Assembly: GCF_009914755.1 (NCBI RefSeq)
Contig: NC_060928.1
Origin: the human T2T-CHM13v2.0 reference genome, Homo sapiens
DNA: 64,000 bases
Direction: 5' to 3' (one strand)
Notes under the pieces: model-generated
The model's input: the letters and a program-made list of their open reading frames with translations, nothing else
Databases searched by the model: none
What the model was told of the DNA's origin: nothing
Made by a program: the position numbers and the translations under genes
Part shown: positions 28,345-41,975 of the stretch, one piece after another
Layout: the number at the start of each line of letters is the position of its first letter
Numbering within the stretch: the stretch's first letter is position 1

Positions 28345-30700
28345 TTACTACTGTATTTTATATTATATATTTGTTGTTAGTTTTCTATATTTTACTTCTT
28401 TGGATTATTTACAATTCTTAGTATTTTTGTTGTTGCTGTGTATTATGGAAGTGCTACATAGTAGTTTTGTAATAGATCCAATACAATTTTTTTGCAATGT
28501 AGTTATTATTAGAGATTCATTTGCCTTTTTTTTGTAGAGGATGTTTCTGAATGGTATGCAGATTTCTTGAATCTTGATCATAATCAAATGAAAATTCTAT
28601 GACCCCAACACTCAGAATCAGTTAGTTTCTCAGTCTTTTTAGTTCCTTTTAATGCAATGGCAAATTAATAACTAAAGTAGTTTAAGACGTCTTTACTCAG
28701 TGACATACTATAAGATATTTTATATCATATATGCATATACACAGACATACATAATTAGACAGATATTCATTTAAGTAAATGAAAAAATATAAATTGTGCT
28801 TAAAAGTTGCAAAGTGGTCAGGTATTTCTGTTCCATTTAATTTTTATTAATGCTATCATGACTCAATTTACTTCAAGATCCAGTGTTCCACGTATCTTGA
28901 AACTTAAGCAGTACTGAATGAGATGACTTGCACTGTCTGCAGCGCTCTAAGACATTTTAATTGTTAAAATGTCTGGAGACCTGAGCTGGCATTGTTCTGT
29001 CTTGGTACAGGCAAATGGAGACGGGGGCTGCTTCTAGCCTTCAGCTCAATCACAGTAGAAATTTCAAAAATTTGGTCTTCCACCTTTTCTAGTCTTTTCA
29101 GCTTATTGAGTTCCCTGGAGTCTAGTGCGCATACAGACGGCGCTGATAAGAAATTTACTCACAGCCTCCCTTTTCTTTAATAACATTTTCTAGGTAAATC
29201 CCTATTAAGCTTTGCCTAAGGGAATCCTCTAAGAGCTTAAAGAAAAGAATGGGCCCTTTAATAATTTAAGTGCATGGGATAGGATCGCCAGAAAACTTGA
29301 ACAAAAAGAAACTTAAAGCATGGAATCAGCATTCTTTCTTTTTCACTGAAAATTCATGGACATCTTTATCAGTATATTTCAGACTGTTAGTCAAATCCAT
29401 TAGGTGGTCAGACAATCAGATTAATGCAACTAAATGAACATTATTTTAAATAAATTAGAAGAGAATAGAAAATTCTAGAGAGCATTATATAATACACAGT
29501 GTTGTTTCCGAAGATTTTTCTTTGTACGTGATATGTATGTATACTAGATTATGATGTAAACCAATGTTTTTATTGTAGGTAGTGGTAATGAAAGTTTGAA
29601 AGCTCTTACCCTGTAGGATATGTTAAAGCAATTTTATGCACAGGTTGCTAAAGAAAAATATTTATGATATTATTTTTCTCTTTCCCACAACTGTGCAAAA
29701 TCCTTACATGGCTAGACCCACAGGAATTTATATCTACATTTTTTTTAGAATTTTCCACAAATTCTGCTGTTTATGCCATTTACATTTTGCTAAAGCATTC
29801 TTTGTTTCCTTAACTTTCTTCTCCAAATCTGACAGCTAACTTTCCATTTTTGTCTGTATATTGTCAGCCAGCCTTTTATCTCCAGCTTCATAAAGTGCAC
29901 GTTTTGTTTAACTTCATGGAAATCTCTAAGGAGACGCTACAGAAAATTTCTATCTCCCAAGTGCTGTTTTTCTCCCCTTCTATTATGTTACATCAGCTTT
30001 TTCTATATTGATTTTTTTCCTATTTTCTTTTTTCCCCTGGTAACCCCTCCTTGAACATAATGAAGTCTATCCTATTACTGTATTAGCTACCAAATGCTAC
30101 AAATGAATTTCCCTTGATTCCTTTAAATATTTACCTGGATAGTATTGGAGGTTTCATATCAGTTCAAAAACTGGAGAGCTAACGGATGTAGTTGAGTGTT
30201 AGCACCTTACAGATCTGCATCCTGAGGGAGTAGGAATAGAATTGTAGAAAGGTCATTTCTCAGGAAAAGATGTGTGTTGATGTGAGGTCTTTGTGAGGCT
30301 GTTTTTCACCTCTAAGTTATTAAGCAAAAATTCATAAGAGCTTTGGAAAGTAGATAGTGTAATTTTCCTATCATTTATTTTCTCATGAAAGCTTTTTTTT
30401 TTTCTTGTTTTCAAATCTTAATGTCTGTTTTTGCTATTTCTTGGAGAGGGAGTTACATAATGTTAAAACTTTACTATATTTCTGGAAATAATTATTTTCT
30501 TACTGTCAATGTGTGTGTATTTATGCTTGAGAAAAACTTATTGTAATGCTCAAAGTATCCTGTTTACAAGAAATTTGGTTATCTACAGTTTAATTAAAAT
30601 AATTTTCCATTTCTACTTCTTAGAATTTTAAGCCCATTAGGGCTTTGAGAGACAGCAGCAGCTAAATTGAATGCAATTTGTGCCAGGCATTTTAGGTACA

Positions 30701-31132
30701 TGTGACAAGAATTGCCAGCTATCCACAGCATTCTTTGTCCATTCTTTGGACACACAGATTACATTTCCCAGAATTTCCTACAGGTGAGTACAGTCGTGTG
30801 ACTGGAGTTTCTTTACAGAAATATAAGTAGAAATAATTCACCATCATTGGCCTTGCCCACAAAATCCCTCCAGATGCATTTACTTTCTCTCTTTTTCCCT
30901 CTCTCTCTCTCTCTCTCTCTCATTCTCGCTCTAGCACATGCTCTCTATCTGTTACAGTCTCAGCTGTGGTCAGCCTAGCTCCCCGATGACCACACGATGA
31001 AGAGCCACCCAGCTGACCTGAATTCCTATCCAATAATTTTATATGAATAGCACATAACATTTCAGCCTGTTAAGCCACTGTTAAGCAAAATGTGGGTCTT
31101 GTTATTTGAGTAGCACAGTCTTCCCTAATATA
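30701..31132 (+). mobile_element. MLT1J-like LTR with internal (CT)n
   Basis: gattacatttcccag...gtgtgactggagtt...tgttaagccactg. Confidence 0.65.
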
Positions 31133-31134
31133 TA

Positions 31135-31292
31135 CATCCATCTCATCTAGGTTTTATGACAATATTGAGAAATAGGTATTATTATTCTCGTTTTACCATT
31201 GAGAAATCTGAATTATCCAAGGCCAAAGTGCAAGAAAGTAGAAATGCCAAACTGGATTTCTAACTCACTTTGCCAACACCAAAGTCTGTGTC
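31135..31292 (-). mobile_element. MIR
   Basis: aggtattattattctcgttttaccattgagaaatctga matches the antisense MIR core. Confidence 0.6.
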
Positions 31293-31689
31293 CCAAAATG
31301 CCCCATTTAAAAGGTGAGACAGCGGTTTGGAACCAGTTTCTTGTTGAGGAGCACCAACTTAGGAGAGTATAAACATGAAGTGGCTTCATTTTTTCCAGTA
31401 AGCACCAATATTCACAAGTATCTGTTGAAACTTCACTTTGCAAAGGTATAATAGTAGGAAGGCATAACAGCATAACAATTCTCATCCCAGCTCTACATCT
31501 TTTCAGCTACTGACAATTGTGAAAACAGAGACTTTTCATTTTTAAGTATTTATTCTATTCATTTAAAAAATTCAGTATTAACTCAAAATTTTTTTTTGCT
31601 TTGTCTCCTCCACCACCATTTGGTCGTGTGGCTGGTTTTAAGTGGAGAGTGACATTAGCTTTGCCTGGCATGGTTTGACCATATCTCAG

Positions 31690-31900
31690 GAGAGACTGCC
31701 TGGCGTAAACAATACCTCTGTCATTTACTAGCAATGTGGCCATGGGCAAGTTATATCACTTCTCTGTGACATGGTTATTTCACCTGTAAAATGTTGGTGA
31801 TGATTCTCCTTGTTTCAATACTTATTTTGGGGAAGGAGGTAATGATTAAATGAAGTACTAATGGCAGAATTTCGCATATAATAAAATCTCAATAAATGTT
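31690..31900 (+). mobile_element. MIR
   Basis: tctgtcatttactagcaatgtggccatgggcaagttatatcacttctctgtg...cacctgtaaaatg...ctcaataaatgtt. Confidence 0.8.
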
Positions 31901-32630
31901 CAGGTTTTAAAAATTCATTATTTTTGCGTGGCTGGTGGCACCACGCCATATTCCTCTGGTTCACAATCATATTGCTCCCCTGCTATTCATCCAAGACAAG
32001 GCTGTAGCTTCCAATCCTGTTACTCACCAATGTCAAACCTATGGCCTCATGAAGTATTCAACTTCTACATCACTTAGGAACTGCTGATTTATAGTGAAGG
32101 GAGGTGGTCCTATTCCACTCTCACTGTCCCTAGCATATTTTCCAAGATGTTTTCTCCATTTCTCATCAATGTCAGATGGGATATGATCACTTCTCCCTCA
32201 CTGATAGAGGAAGAGGAAATGTGCAGCCAATCCTCCAAACTTCATTATTTTCTTCAGTCCTTGATCCTGGACTTTGCAGCCAGAAACAACCTCATCTCCT
32301 TTATGGGGAAGGAAGGAAAGAGAATGGACGTTCTGTGCCTGCTCTTCTCCAAAATACAAACTTGTGTCTCCAAGCATGCCTCTTGATTATATTAAGAAGA
32401 GTGATACAGCTGTGGGGAATGTATAAATTCCAATAACTATTCTCTTTGCAGCTGATGTGTGAGAAACTGAACATCTTTCATTCTTAGCTGTGGAGGCTCA
32501 ATAGTCAATTTCAGGGAAATGGGACCCAACTCAGCACTAATATCATCTAGCTACATTTTTAATTAAATGATTAGATCAAGTCAAAATAATGAAATTAGCT
32601 TGTGGTATAGCTAGGCTTAAAACCCAGTCT

Positions 32631-33111
<481 letters not shown>

Positions 33112-34717
33112 TTATATATGGGTATATTCTTTCAAAGAAAGGAAAAAAACCTCTACCTGTAGACCACTTGATGAGGAGAAGAAAAAATTCCTCCCTGTAG
33201 GTGATGGCCGTAAAGAAGCAAGTCTTTTTAGAATCCGCTGAAAGGAGAAGGAGAGAAGGAAAGAGAAGGTAAATGTTGCTGTGGCTAATAAGATGCTTTT
33301 CATTAGCTCTGGAGCTCATTTTTAATCTGACAAGTTTTATGATCAGGCCATCTTTTTATAATAGGGTTTAATACGGATTTCAGCATCACAATATTCATAT
33401 ACTTAACCTTTATTTATGAGGACAATTTCAGAGTATGGTCTTTTCTAGCCTCTCAGTGGCCTCTGCTAAATGTCAATTTTGGTTTAAAGCTGTCATCATG
33501 GAGGAGCCCTGGAGGAGCCAAATTTCCCTTCTCTAGACATCACAATGCTGCAGCTTTCACTGCTGCTCACAAATGCAGCTCTTGCATATCTGAAATTTAG
33601 ACCCACAAAGGGCAATCTAAGCTTAGCCTTTTACAAATGTCTTTTTAATTCATATACCTTTACAACACAGCTAAGCATTGTAAGTGTTGTAAAGGTATAT
33701 GAAGTGGTGATTTAGTGGAAGGATTGGGATCCATTCCTCTTATACATGAGAAATTAAAACCAAAGATGGCATTTTATTTTTTAAAATTTGTATGAATATG
33801 TCACATATAAGAAAAGGTCACAAAATATGGTCCCTCAAGCACAATCATTACTGTTTATCCACAAAATTTTCTTTTTACTCTAATCTCAAAACCATAGTCT
33901 CTGAAAGCCATTAGGCTAACCTATGTTGAAGCAAATACATTTGATTATATAACCATGCAGTTTATTGTCTTTGCTCTCAGATTGTGAGTGGTTGAAACAT
34001 TGTTTCACAAAACAGTTGCTCATCTAGAATTTGGGACTCATTCAAGCTTCCAATCATTCTCTTTTGCCTGCTATTTTTTTCTCTAACTATCTTGCAGAGC
34101 TAAACATGCTTGATAGGTTTTGATTTTGTTATAAGACTATTTGTTTTTTGTGAATTTTTATTTTCCATTAATTTTGATAAAACTAATGTTTGTTTAGCTT
34201 AGCTGTGAAGAAATCACAAGAGACTTGAAAAAATGAAAACTTATGTAGTGGAGATTTTAGGGAAATTGCTTTTAAGCAAACCAGAAAAAAGTACATGTGA
34301 ATTGGCAATGAAGAAAAGTTGTTTTCTTTGGTTATGGCACTCTGGTATTTAAAAATCACCTTGAGTAGGAAAAAACCAACAGGAAAATGATAAGACACCT
34401 TCAATATATAATCTAGTGGAAATAATCAGTGAGCCAATGAGTACAGAAAACAAACAAATACAGTATTCTCAATTGAAGATCATTTACTTAACTATAAATG
34501 GTGTTATTACTATTTATGGGACATGTAAAATAACTTCTTGAAGTGATATCTTAATATATTTCATATACACATGAAGTCTCATTCATTTTTAACTAAAAGA
34601 ATATATAAAAATGACTAAACATAATTACCATAAACCAAACAATGTCTGTGCAGTTAGTTACTGCAAAGAAAAGATATTAGACACATGTCATATTTTGTAA
34701 TTGTTTCCACAATTTGT

Positions 34718-35285
34718 GTGTTTAAAGTCTTTAAATGACTTCACATTGCTCTTCGAATAAAAATTCCAAATTTTGAAACATACACAAAACGCCCAGTACA
34801 TCCCGTCTCTTTTCAGTCGTATTTTGTGTTGTGATTCTCCTCAGTCTTCTCACTCCTCCCATCATGACCAGTTTTTCAGTTCTCCCAACACACTGGTTTC
34901 TACTTCAGGGCCTTTACGTATATTTCACAGATATCCATTCCTCTCGCAGTGATGCCATTCCCTTCCTCACTTCCTCATCCATCACCCCCACGTTTGCTCC
35001 TTATATCCACTTTCAGCCAAAGATGACAGTTTCAGTGAGAACTTCTGTGAATTTCACCTCAAATTTAATTTGGTTTTCTAGAAATATTCTGTCTTTGCTT
35101 TATATGTTTCATTTTATAGCATATAATTATGTTTATGCATAATATTATGTGCTTAATGAGCATGTTAGCTAAACTTTTTGAGAAACAAGAACCCCATTTT
35201 GCAATTTAGTTTTTCATTTGGTGCTTAACCTAGTTTCTAGTACAGAAAAAGAAGTCTTTGCTGGCGTTAGTTAAGTATAATTGAA
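34718..35285 (+). mobile_element. L2 3' region, degenerate
   Basis: aatgacttcacattgctcttcgaataaaattccaaa...cttcagggccttt. Confidence 0.55.
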
Positions 35286-35827
35286 CAACACTTAAATTAT
35301 TTAAATGATAATTTAGAGACAACTTGAAACTCTGAAATTCCTGGAGGTTGACACAACATAGAGAGTAAAAGGGTCTCTAGACATGGTAACACCAGTTGTT
35401 CAACCAGGAAGCATTATCAGCCTGGAAGGGGAGGCTCTTAAGGTATGTACAGAGTTCAGGCCTTCTGAAATTTCATCTGTCTGCTTACATTGCTGGACAA
35501 GACAACTCTATCCAAATGTTGTCTTTAAGGAAGTTCAGGCTGACATATGTAAGAACGGCCCCACAGAAGGAAATGGAGATGATAGTCTCTTCTATTAAAG
35601 GTTAGAGCATAATAGACTTTCAGAGTCACAAGATTAAGAATATTAGTTTTAGTAACTTCTGTGGCTTTTTCTAAGATTAAAAAAAAAAGTAAGAAAAAAA
35701 CACAAAAAAGGTCAGATCCTTTCCCTGCTCAAAGAGATTCAGCCATTGTCTATGCCTCCTCTCCTCTTTGTGCCTACTTCCACTGCTTCACTCATCTCTC
35801 TATGTCATAATTTATCTGTTTACTTGC

Positions 35828-36138
<311 letters not shown>

Positions 36139-36243
36139 TAACTTTAAGCTCTTTTGAGGAGACAATTACATAATTTATGACTCATTAAAATAGTTAAGAG
36201 CTTTACAGATGTTTTAAAATTTGAATGCTCAAGAAAAAATACA

Positions 36244-36679
36244 CAGTTGTCCATTGAACAACACAGGGGTAAGGAGCACTGATCCCCTGCACAGTCGAAA
36301 ATCCACATATAACTTTTGACTCCCCCAAATCTTAACCACTAATAGTCTACTGCTGACTGAAAGCCTTACTGATAATAGAAACAGTTGATTGACACATATT
36401 TTGCATGTTATATATATTGTGTACTGTATTCATACAGTAAAGCTACAGAAAAGAAAATGATTAAAAATCATAAGGGGAGAAAATATATTTACTATTCATT
36501 AAATGGAAATGGATTATCTTAAATGTATTCATCCTCATCATTTTCATGTTGAGTAGGCTGAGTAGGAAGAGGAAGAGGAAGGATTTGGTTTTGCTGTCTC
36601 AGGGTGGCAGAGATGGAAGAAAATTCACATATTAAGTGGACTCACACCAGTGAAACCTGTGTTGTTCAAGGGTAAAGTG
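36244..36679. mobile_element. Tigger2a (MER28-like) non-autonomous DNA transposon
   Basis: Degenerate terminal inverted repeats cagttgtccattgaacaacacagg / cctgtgttgttcaagggtaaagtg followed by TA. Confidence 0.87.
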
Positions 36680-37042
36680 TATTTTACTGTTCAACTCAGT
36701 GTATTTCTCCTCCCCCTTATATAACTAAAACAATATTACCAAAAAATAATACTATCCTTACTTTGTGTAGCATCCTTACTCTCATATTTTCACTCTATTT
36801 TACTATATTTTCATTTTTGAAATATGTTCTTCATATGAACAACTTGGTCAGTTTCATTACCCAGCAATGGTCTGTGAACAGCATTTTTGAAAAGAGGGCA
36901 ATAGATTGTGAGCCAAATGCAGGGGCTATGTCTACCTACGTTTAACAACTCAACACTGACTGGCACGCACTAAGTTTGATGAGTAAATTAATGACTGTAT
37001 CTTTCACAATTAAAACAATCCCTATATAGGATTTTATACCCA

Positions 37043-37454
37043 TGTTGCAGAATTTAGTTTAGCTAAGATCTGGCTTTTTGTCATAGGACCAAGAAAATTT
37101 AGGCATCTGGACGCATTGGAGGGTGAGTAGAGCAAGATGTTATTGGGCGAAAAGGCAAAAAAAAAAAAAAAAACCTCAGCAAAGCAAGATGGAGTTCTGC
37201 TAAGAAGCCCCCCATCTCACAGATTGATTCACAGATCACCACAGGAGCTGAAGAGAGCAGGCCCCTCCCCTGCATAAGCCGCAAATTCCCCATGGCTCCA
37301 CCCACTTTCCCCAGTGAGCATTTCAGGCTCCAGTCCTCTGTGGGCATGCCCAGACAAGCCCTGGGCAGGTTCCCTCATCTGCACAAAAATATGTGATGTA
37401 AACACTTGTTGGGTGCGTGCAAGATTCTCTGGGGATCCCCTTTTACCTGTTTCA
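37043..37454 (-). mobile_element. ERV1 solo LTR (MER83/MER61 group)
   Basis: TG...CA ends; ccaagaaaatttaggc...cattggagggtgag...ttattgggcgaaaagg; ccatggctccacccac. Confidence 0.7.
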
Positions 37455-37737
37455 GTATTTGGCTGTTGAATAAATAGATAGGCAAGACCTTTCAGACTTT
37501 GAAGGAGGCCTGGGATACTTCTGTATTTGCCATTTGCTAATATAATATAAATAAATACATGTGTAACAAAGTTATAATATTTTAGCTTATTGAAATGTTC
37601 ATATTAACCATTAAATTAGAAATGAAATTATGCAATTGACAGAGAATCTGCAAGATCATTGATTCAAGTACAAGCAATATAGTCCATTATTGAGAAACAA
37701 TATGAGTTTAATGAATACCTTCTCTTATCTTGGCAAG

Positions 37738-37820
37738 GTATGCCTGTATCAACACATCACATGTACCCCACAGATATATACAACTATTATGTACCATAAT
37801 AATCTAAAGTTAAAGTTTAA
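37738..37820 (+). mobile_element. L1MA 3' terminal fragment
   Basis: tgcctgtatcaacacatcacatgtaccccacagatatatacaactattatgtacc. Confidence 0.7.
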
Positions 37821-37825
37821 ACAAA

Positions 37826-38127
37826 GGCCAGGCACAGTGACTCATGCCTGTAATTCCAGCACTTTGGGAGGTCGAGGTGGGCAGATCACCTGAGGTCAGG
37901 AGTACCAGACTAGCCTGGTCACCATGGTGAAACCCCATCTCTACTAAAAATATACAAAAATTAGCTGGACATGGTGGCATGCACCTGTAATCCCAGCTAC
38001 TCAGAAGGCTGAGGCAGGAGAATTGCTTGAACCTGGGAAGCGGAGGTTATAGTGAGCCGAGACTGTGCTATTGCTCTCCAGCCTGGGCGACAGAGTGAGA
38101 TTCCATCTAAAAAAAAAAAAAAAAAAA
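37826..38127 (+). mobile_element. AluSx/Sz
   Basis: Full dimer with poly-A. Confidence 0.93.
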
Positions 38128-38689
38128 TCTTGACAATGTTTCTCTGCTCCTATGTAACTTTTTGATGAAAATTTCTAAGTTCAAGTATGAGATCTTTCAA
38201 GCACATTAGAAACCTTTCTTAAGGTTTTTTTCTTCCTGGGCATAATTTGATGCTTTTACTTCTACGTTTAAAAAGAAAATCTTCTGATTAAGGAAGAGTT
38301 CTCAAAAATGCGTCTGTTTAAATGTAAACACCTAAACAAATTGAAAGTATTATTTTAATAAATAGTGAAAAGTAACACAAGCAAATTGAGCTAATTAAAG
38401 AAAGTGGAAAGGAAAATAAATTATCTTTTGTTCAGAAAGACAGTTCTAGCTAGGACACAATGGCCCATGAGGTATTATGAGAAAGCCAGAGAATATAAAG
38501 GACATGAGGGAGTCACTTACCTTTGGAAAAATAAAATAATCTTTAGAACTAAATATTTCTCCTTTTTTGCTATAGAAATATATTTATTTTATATTTTAAA
38601 ATTGTACAACTATTATGTATCCATAAAAATTAAAAATAAAAAAGGCCTGAATATTTCTGCAACCTCACCCTTTCCTTTAATTTTCCTTC

Positions 38690-39110
38690 CCAATGGCTTC
38701 AATTCATTAAATTGCTTTCCAACCAATCTCCCTGTCTACAGTCTAGCCCTTTCTACACCACTGCCAGAATGAGCTCTTACAAATTCAAATCTGATTATGC
38801 CATTCTCCAGCTCAGAAAGCTTTAATGACTCCCCAGAGCTCTGAGTGAAAAAAAATCAAAGCCATAGAATGGCACATAAGCTTTGCCACCTGTTTACCTC
38901 TCTACGCCTTCTCCCTCCACCTCATCACCAGCATTACGAGCATCAGCAACAAAACAAGGCTCTCTGTTCCCTGAATGTACTTTTTCTTTTGGATCTCTTT
39001 GCACATGATTTCTCCTCCCCCTGGCAAACTCTCCCTGCCTTTGAATACATTTTCAGTTCTTATTCACCCTTTAAAAGAATTTTCTTGCATCTCTATGACG
39101 ACTTCTCTAC
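38690..39110 (+). mobile_element. L2 fragment
   Basis: cactgccagaatgagctcttacaaattcaaatctgattatgcc...aatgactccc. Confidence 0.65.
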
Positions 39111-39454
39111 CCTCTGCCCCAGGCCCCTGAAGCCACGAGGACTGTCTCAAACAGACCCAGGCTGATAGAATGGCAGCAAAAGCTGCACAGATACCACATG
39201 AAGGCAGCCCTTTATTTGACTTCCAATTTTGTTATGGTTATAACTGTTGAAACCTGATAACGCTACTTGGCTTCTCTCAATTTCAAATTCCTTGGCAAAA
39301 TGGAGATATGCTGATGCAAAAATTTGAAGTTTGTGGGGATGACACACAATACAGACTAAAGTAGGGTCATTGTCATTTACAGAAATTTACATTTCCAATT
39401 GGGAGGGTATATTTCACCTTCAAGTCTTATTTTCCTTTGGAGAGGTAGTTTGTG

Positions 39455-39656
39455 TCATCTTTCATATCCGTAGTACCTCATACAACCCCAGGGAGTAGGG
39501 TCTATCATTATTTCCACTTATAGAAGAGGAAAGTGAGTCACAGAGATTATTAAATCGTTGCTCAAAATGACAAACCTTGCATGTGTGGGTGCTGGGCTTT
39601 GGCCCTAAGCAGTCTGGCTCCAGAGTTCGTATTCCTAATCAGTAGTCTACGCTGCT
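39455..39656 (-). mobile_element. MIR
   Basis: attatttccacttatagaagaggaaagtgagtcacagagatt...gcagtctggctccagagt. Confidence 0.8.
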
Positions 39657-40039
39657 TATGCTGTTAGTCTATTATAAGACTCTGACAGTCCTAGACGGTA
39701 TTTCCACTTTGTAAGATTCAGCTTCTTGACTGGTCAAACAGGAGAAATAAAAATTTGTGAGGTAGTGGAGAACATCAAAGCAGACAATGAATGGTGAGCA
39801 CATTAGTGCTTAGCACGTGGTAGTGAGTTGATGCTAAACTTATGTTGGTTCCCTGATATTTAAATGCCTCTTTCTAATCAACAATAGATAATGTGAAATA
39901 CATGTACACATTGTTTCAAACTAATTCAGATTCTTCAAAACACATGTGGATAGCATAAAGGGAGGGACCTTTCACATTTCCAGATTTACTTATAATCATG
40001 ATCCCTTGCCCCACTTGCCAGACACTGTAACCACTTCTA

Positions 40040-40400
40040 ACAATGGTGACTCATGATTTTCCAGAATATTCCATGTAACATCATGCCAATATCTTCATTC
40101 TGTGTATTATCTCTGTTTTGAATTCTCTTTGATCTCTTCAATGACTTACAAATTACTCATCCTCTAAGGTGTGGAATTCTTCCAACCTTCCTGGGTAGAA
40201 TCAAATGTTCTCTGTTCTACTCCCAATAATTTTTACTCTCTCAGAGCACACATTACCTTTGCTTACAGTGCCTTATTTGTATTTTTGTTTTTCTTACTGG
40301 ATAAGTGATCTTTGAGCATTGGCTATGTTTTGTAATTTTATGAATCCCATAGATGATCTAACACAGTACCTGGCACATGACAATTACTTAGTGAGTGACA
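40040..40400 (+). mobile_element. L2 3' fragment
   Basis: ctaacacagtacctggcacat tail. Confidence 0.5.
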
Positions 40401-40562
40401 ATTTGGGGTTTGCACCTGGTTTGTTCACAGCCACTATGGGTATAGACTAAGGGGAATAATTTCATAAACAGACTTATCTTCTGTATAGTTTAATTTTGTT
40501 GTATAACTAAAATGTCTAGATTTATTATGATTATGTCCTTTTAAAAAATGTGTAACAACTCT

Positions 40563-40843
40563 GGACAGGGTGACTCTTACCTGTAATCCCAACACTTTGG
40601 GAGGCTGAAAAGAGAATGTTGCTTGATGCCAAGAGTTCAAGACCAGCTTGGGCAACATAGCAAGACTTCCTTCTCTAACAAGAACAACAGAACAACAACA
40701 AAAATAGTGACGTGTGGGTACATGGCTGTAGTAGTCCCAGCTGCTTGGGATCACTTGAGCCCAAGAGTTTGAGGTTACAGCAAGCTGAGATAATGTCACT
40801 GTACTCCATTTTGAATGACATAATGAGGACTTGTCTCTTTAAA
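40563..40843 (+). mobile_element. AluJ
   Basis: gggcaacatagcaagac diagnostic; TSD aaaaaatgtgtaaca. Confidence 0.9.
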
Positions 40844-41234
40844 AAAAAATGTGTAACAGTTCTTCTCAGAAATGCGAATGATTGCATATAAAGAACAGTA
40901 ATTAAAATGGTACTATTTTATAAATTTACTCTTTGTATTATTTCTAGAGCACTCTAACATTAAGACATATTTGTAGATTCTGGATAATTCCAGAGTGGAC
41001 TTAGTTGAGTAAGAATGAATGACAAATGCTGGCTTTGACAAATATTGGTTCTCAGAATGAGAACTCATCTCCGAACATGTGTTTTACTTATAATCTTATA
41101 TTGTTTCTAGGACATCATTTGTTTCTTGAAATTATCAAATATTTCTTTAAAACCAAACATAAACCTCAAAGGGACTCTCTTTCATCTCAATCGGCATTCA
41201 GAAAACTTTTATATTTGGTAAAAACATCGTATTA

Positions 41235-41975
41235 AAATGGGAGAGTTCCCTGACCTTTTGCAGGATGTGCAACAGGGATAAGCTCATCTGTTGGGCTGCC
41301 ACATGCTCAAATCCCTTACAGGAGGGGCAACACACAGATGGGCAGGTGCAGGAGCCAGAGGAACCAGGGAGAGTGCTTTGGGGCTCCACCTCCATGCTAG
41401 CATTTAGGGGTGGGTGCTTGCAACTCCCAAAGCCCTAGAGGGTGTGTCACAGTGCTCTTTTAGCTCTGATGTTCACAGACAGCTTAAGTGTTAACCAGCT
41501 CAGTGCCCTCTTGGGACCTGCGTTCTCATCTGGCATCCAGGAAGGATTGTAAATTAGGGGGATTTTACTGCCAGATGGAGGTGGCTCTCAACAGGATGGA
41601 TGGGAAGCTGGAAAGGGGATGGAGTGGGAAGGTGATCTTTCCTTGGAGTTTGGCTGTCCTGCGGCTGATCCCCTCTCCTATGATCCCCAGACGAACTCCA
41701 CCTGATGTTCAGATGTTCTTTCTCTTCTCACCTCTCTGCCGTGCCACTCCTCTGTTCCTCTGCCTTTCCATTCTTCTGTTCATCTGTTTGTAGATCCTGG
41801 GGTTTGGGGTTTATATGAGTACAGGATGGAGGGGTGTAGTGGGCCAAAAGGCAAATTTGGGTGCAAAAACAGGAATGCTTGTTCCCATTTAAGGCTGTGA
41901 ATTTCCAGGCTTGAGGGTGAGGCCTTTGCTGGGGAGCCACCCTCTTCTACCCGGTATTTCCCTGCCTCCATTAAT
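41235..41975 (-). mobile_element. ERV1 solo LTR (LTR29/MER48/MER52 group)
   Basis: gggagagttccctgacc...cttaagtgttaaccagctcagtg...ggtatttccctgcctcc; GC-rich block. Confidence 0.72.

Noticed and set aside
31930-32440. Unique-looking moderate-GC stretch with two short ORFs
   Set aside because: No recognisable protein, splice pattern or repeat; cannot be supported.
38404-39165. 122-aa and 106-aa ORFs
   Set aside because: Non-ATG starts, AT-rich or L2-derived, no recognisable domain or exon structure.
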